From NCBI GenBank assembly GCA_951406725.2, contig OX597818.1, positions 42,966,001-43,030,000 of the forward strand: 64,000 nt of DNA, in the 5' to 3' direction. Position numbers and translations under genes: made by a program. Below, piece after piece: positions 61,290 through 64,000 of the stretch. The stretch is from Octopus vulgaris. Taxonomy: Eukaryota. The notes under the pieces are model-generated. The model made no database searches. It was not told where the DNA came from and saw nothing but the letters and a program-made list of their open reading frames with translations. How positions within the stretch are numbered: position 1 is the stretch's first letter; every line of letters starts with the position of its first letter.

Positions 61290-63250
61290 GAGCATGCTCT
61301 GCTTATTTGTTTCCAGTCTTTGCAAATCCTTCTTATTCAATGCTAGGGTAACATTGCACTTTCTACACAAGCCTCTTACAATCTGCCTTTCACTTGGATA
61401 AAGGATCCATTTGTTGTCAGTAGAGATAACAGCTCCATGAATTTTTGCTATCTTATTCTTACTCTAGCTACTGTGCTTTTGGAACACACTCCTTTATTTC
61501 TAATTATGACACCTAGGTAACAGAAGCTATTAACTATTCCATGGTACCTGCCGAATATTTGAAAAAATTTATTTTATGGCTGTTTTTATTCCTAATTACT
61601 TTTTATCTGTTAGCCTGCTTGTGATACAGCTGCATCTTTTATCCATGTTTATCTTCCCCCCGTTTTTGCATATTGAGTATAACCACTTCCCAGATGGCAA
61701 TAAAGTCCTGCTTTCTTTCTTGATCACTAAAATCTCTGACTTTGCTAGGTTTACTTTAAGACTTCTTGCCTCCACATTCAAAATTTCTTCAATCTTTTCA
61801 CAGATTTAGCTGTGAAAACTAAGCTATTGGTACACTGAAATTTCCATGGAAAGCTAATAGTAAAAATTTCTCTGTTATAGCTTGGAGGACTACAATAAAT
61901 AAGAAGGGCCGAGAGCTGAGCCCTGGTGTATACCTATCTTTACACTAAACTTCTCATTACTAACTCGCATCTTGCTGACAATATTTCATTAGATGGTTTG
62001 CTTGGTTTTCAAAAGCATCTAGTTTTCTTAGCCACTTTCAATCTCAGAGCACAGTGCTCTGTCAAAGACTTTCTCTATCAAAACAAATAATGTCTTGCTT
62101 TTTGTTCAGGACTTCTGTACTTATTTCACTAAGAAGACAGCATCAATTGTACCACATTTTGGCATGAACTCAAGCCATATATAACTAAGCTAATTTTCTT
62201 CCTGATTATTTTGCTATAACTCTTTCTGTTTCTTTTATAACTTGCTCCATCAATTTAATGCATATGTAGTTGCTTCTTTATAGAGCATCTTGTTTGCGCT
62301 TGTAATGGTTGATAATGCTACTGCTCTAATCATTGGGGATGACCACTTCCTATGCTATCTTATTGACTAGGCAAGGCTCGTGTGTCCCCTACTCTGTGGG
62401 ATGTTTTCAGTATTTTTCCCAAGTGGTTTAGATGCTTTCTCTGCTCTCATATCCTTAATGGCTATTTCAAACATTTCAATGTTACTTTCAGTAGCTGATC
62501 CCTCTGTTAGATTTTCTTTTGATTAATCCTTCACTCTCTTGAGCATTTTTCTCATTTAGTATCATAACATTTCCATAATTCATTCTTTTTGGTGCCACCC
62601 ACAACATCTGATTGATACTAATACACTGCTTTGCAATCTAAAATACTCCAAGCCTCTCATCATTCATGTCACACTTGCAAACCTCTTAAATCCATTTCTA
62701 AGTGTACCTGACATTTAGCATCTCTTCTAGTTACCAGATATATTGTTCTTGCTTCCTATTTTTTCTCATTCTTCATGAACCTGTCTCTGAGCTTTTATGG
62801 CTCAACTATACTATTCCACCACAATGTCACCTTCTCTCTGATAGAACTTTGCACTATCCACAGATCTGGTTTGCAGTAAATTGTCTTGTAAAAACTCTCA
62901 GTTTCTCTTCTATGTCGCAAGTATCTCCTCCTCCTTTTCCACATATCTATCAGCTTGTACTGCTTTAAATTTATGTGCAGTTGAAGGATCTTTCAATTGT
63001 TTCTGTATCTTGCTTCTCATTTCTCTGTGTCTCTAGCTCTTACTCTGATGTCACTTTTACTAATTTATGTTGAGGGTCACATACTTCACTGAGGAAAAAC
63101 CTTGATATTCACAACCAACTGTCTATTCTGTTTTTTTGATGAGCATGAAATCTGTCTAGTTTGCATGTTCACTTGAATGGTAGCTGATTAGGTGTCAGTA
63201 TTGCAAATGGTTAGATCCCAGACCCTCAATCCATTTCTATTCTATGTGCC
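61290..63250 (-). pseudogene. Decayed RTE-clade LINE ORF (end of APE endonuclease through RT)
   Basis: Minus strand: SYHSSEHAN*TDFML and ..EVCDPQHKLV (APE end), FMPKCGTIDAVFL, GIHQGSAL, SLKVNLAKSEIL and SFCYLG; many stops and frameshifts. Confidence 0.8.
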
Positions 63251-63570
63251 TTAGCCATGACCTCTGTATACATTGTCATATAAGCATTTACTCTTAACAC
63301 TACTTAAAGTAATCACTAGATTAAGTTCTTTAATTTATATGCATTAACATATTTAATTAATAAGCATTAAAGTAGTATCCTGTGAATAATTAATAACATA
63401 TTTAAGGTACTCCACTTTCTGTTTTAAAGACTATAATTATTGGGTTCCTTTCTTGAATGTAATAATCACTTTACAAGGCTCATTTTATCCAAGAAAGCTG
63501 CAGTCAAGATCTTTCTGCTGTTTTTATAATTTTATAATTTAAAGATTCATTAAAATATATAATCATCAAG

Positions 63571-63850
63571 ATTCGCCTTACTGGCACCTGTGCTGGGGGC
63601 ATGTGTAAAAGGATTCTAGTGAGGTCGTTGCCAGTACCGCCTGACTGGCCCCCGTGCCGGTGGCACGTAAAAAGCACCCACTACACTCTCGGAGTGGTTG
63701 GCGTTAGGAAGGGCATCCAGCTGTAGAAACTCTGCCAGATCAAGATTGGAGCCTGGTGCAGCCATCTGGTTCGCCAGCCCTCAGTCAAAATCGTCCAACC
63801 CATGCTAGCATGGAAAGCGGACGTTAAACGATGATGATGATGAATGATGA
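63571..63850 (+). mobile_element. Family B RTE 3' end (young)
   Basis: cccgtgccggtggcacgtaaaaagcacccactacactc...ggacgttaaac(gat)n. Confidence 0.92.
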
Positions 63851-64000
63851 TTTTTATTGTACAAGGAAAATAATTATTCCTGGTTGATGATGTTACTGGT
63901 TATTTTCTATTTTTATTCTGTTTTCACGCTGATTCACAGGCATTGAGACTCAGTCATCATTATTGGCAGAATTGTCAGCACACCAGACAAAATGTTTAGT

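Overview
AT-rich, microsatellite-dense eukaryotic genomic DNA, most likely intronic or intergenic sequence from an octopus (coleoid cephalopod). That assignment is an inference from the tRNA-derived SINE families, the RTE 3'-end repeats and the repeat landscape. None of the six-frame ORFs is a credible cellular gene; they come from microsatellites or transposon remnants. The window is a mosaic of several SINE families (labelled A, C, D and E here), 5'-truncated 3' ends of an RTE LINE with (GAT)n tails (family B), and decayed LINE ORFs (RTE, BovB-like, CR1-group, R4/Dong). It also holds DNA-transposon remnants: a maT DD37D element, a Tigger/pogo fragment, three piggyBac-like MITEs, a Merlin-like MITE carrying telomere-like repeats, and two Helitrons. 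One good candidate exon of an unidentified + strand gene lies at 38905-38980. The most interesting signals are: (1) a type I hammerhead ribozyme with a second tandem core on the minus strand at about 24118-24274, downstream of a TATA-like box; (2) a CpG-decayed minimal Penelope-type hammerhead at 5074-5110, next to a 300-bp palindrome; (3) variable-number tandem arrays of an H-type pseudoknot motif in the RTE 3'UTR; (4) repeated insertion of SINE E at the same nucleotide inside other SINE E copies; and (5) a MITE carrying (CCCTAA)-like repeats. All alignments and folds were done by eye, and the ends of decayed elements are approximate.
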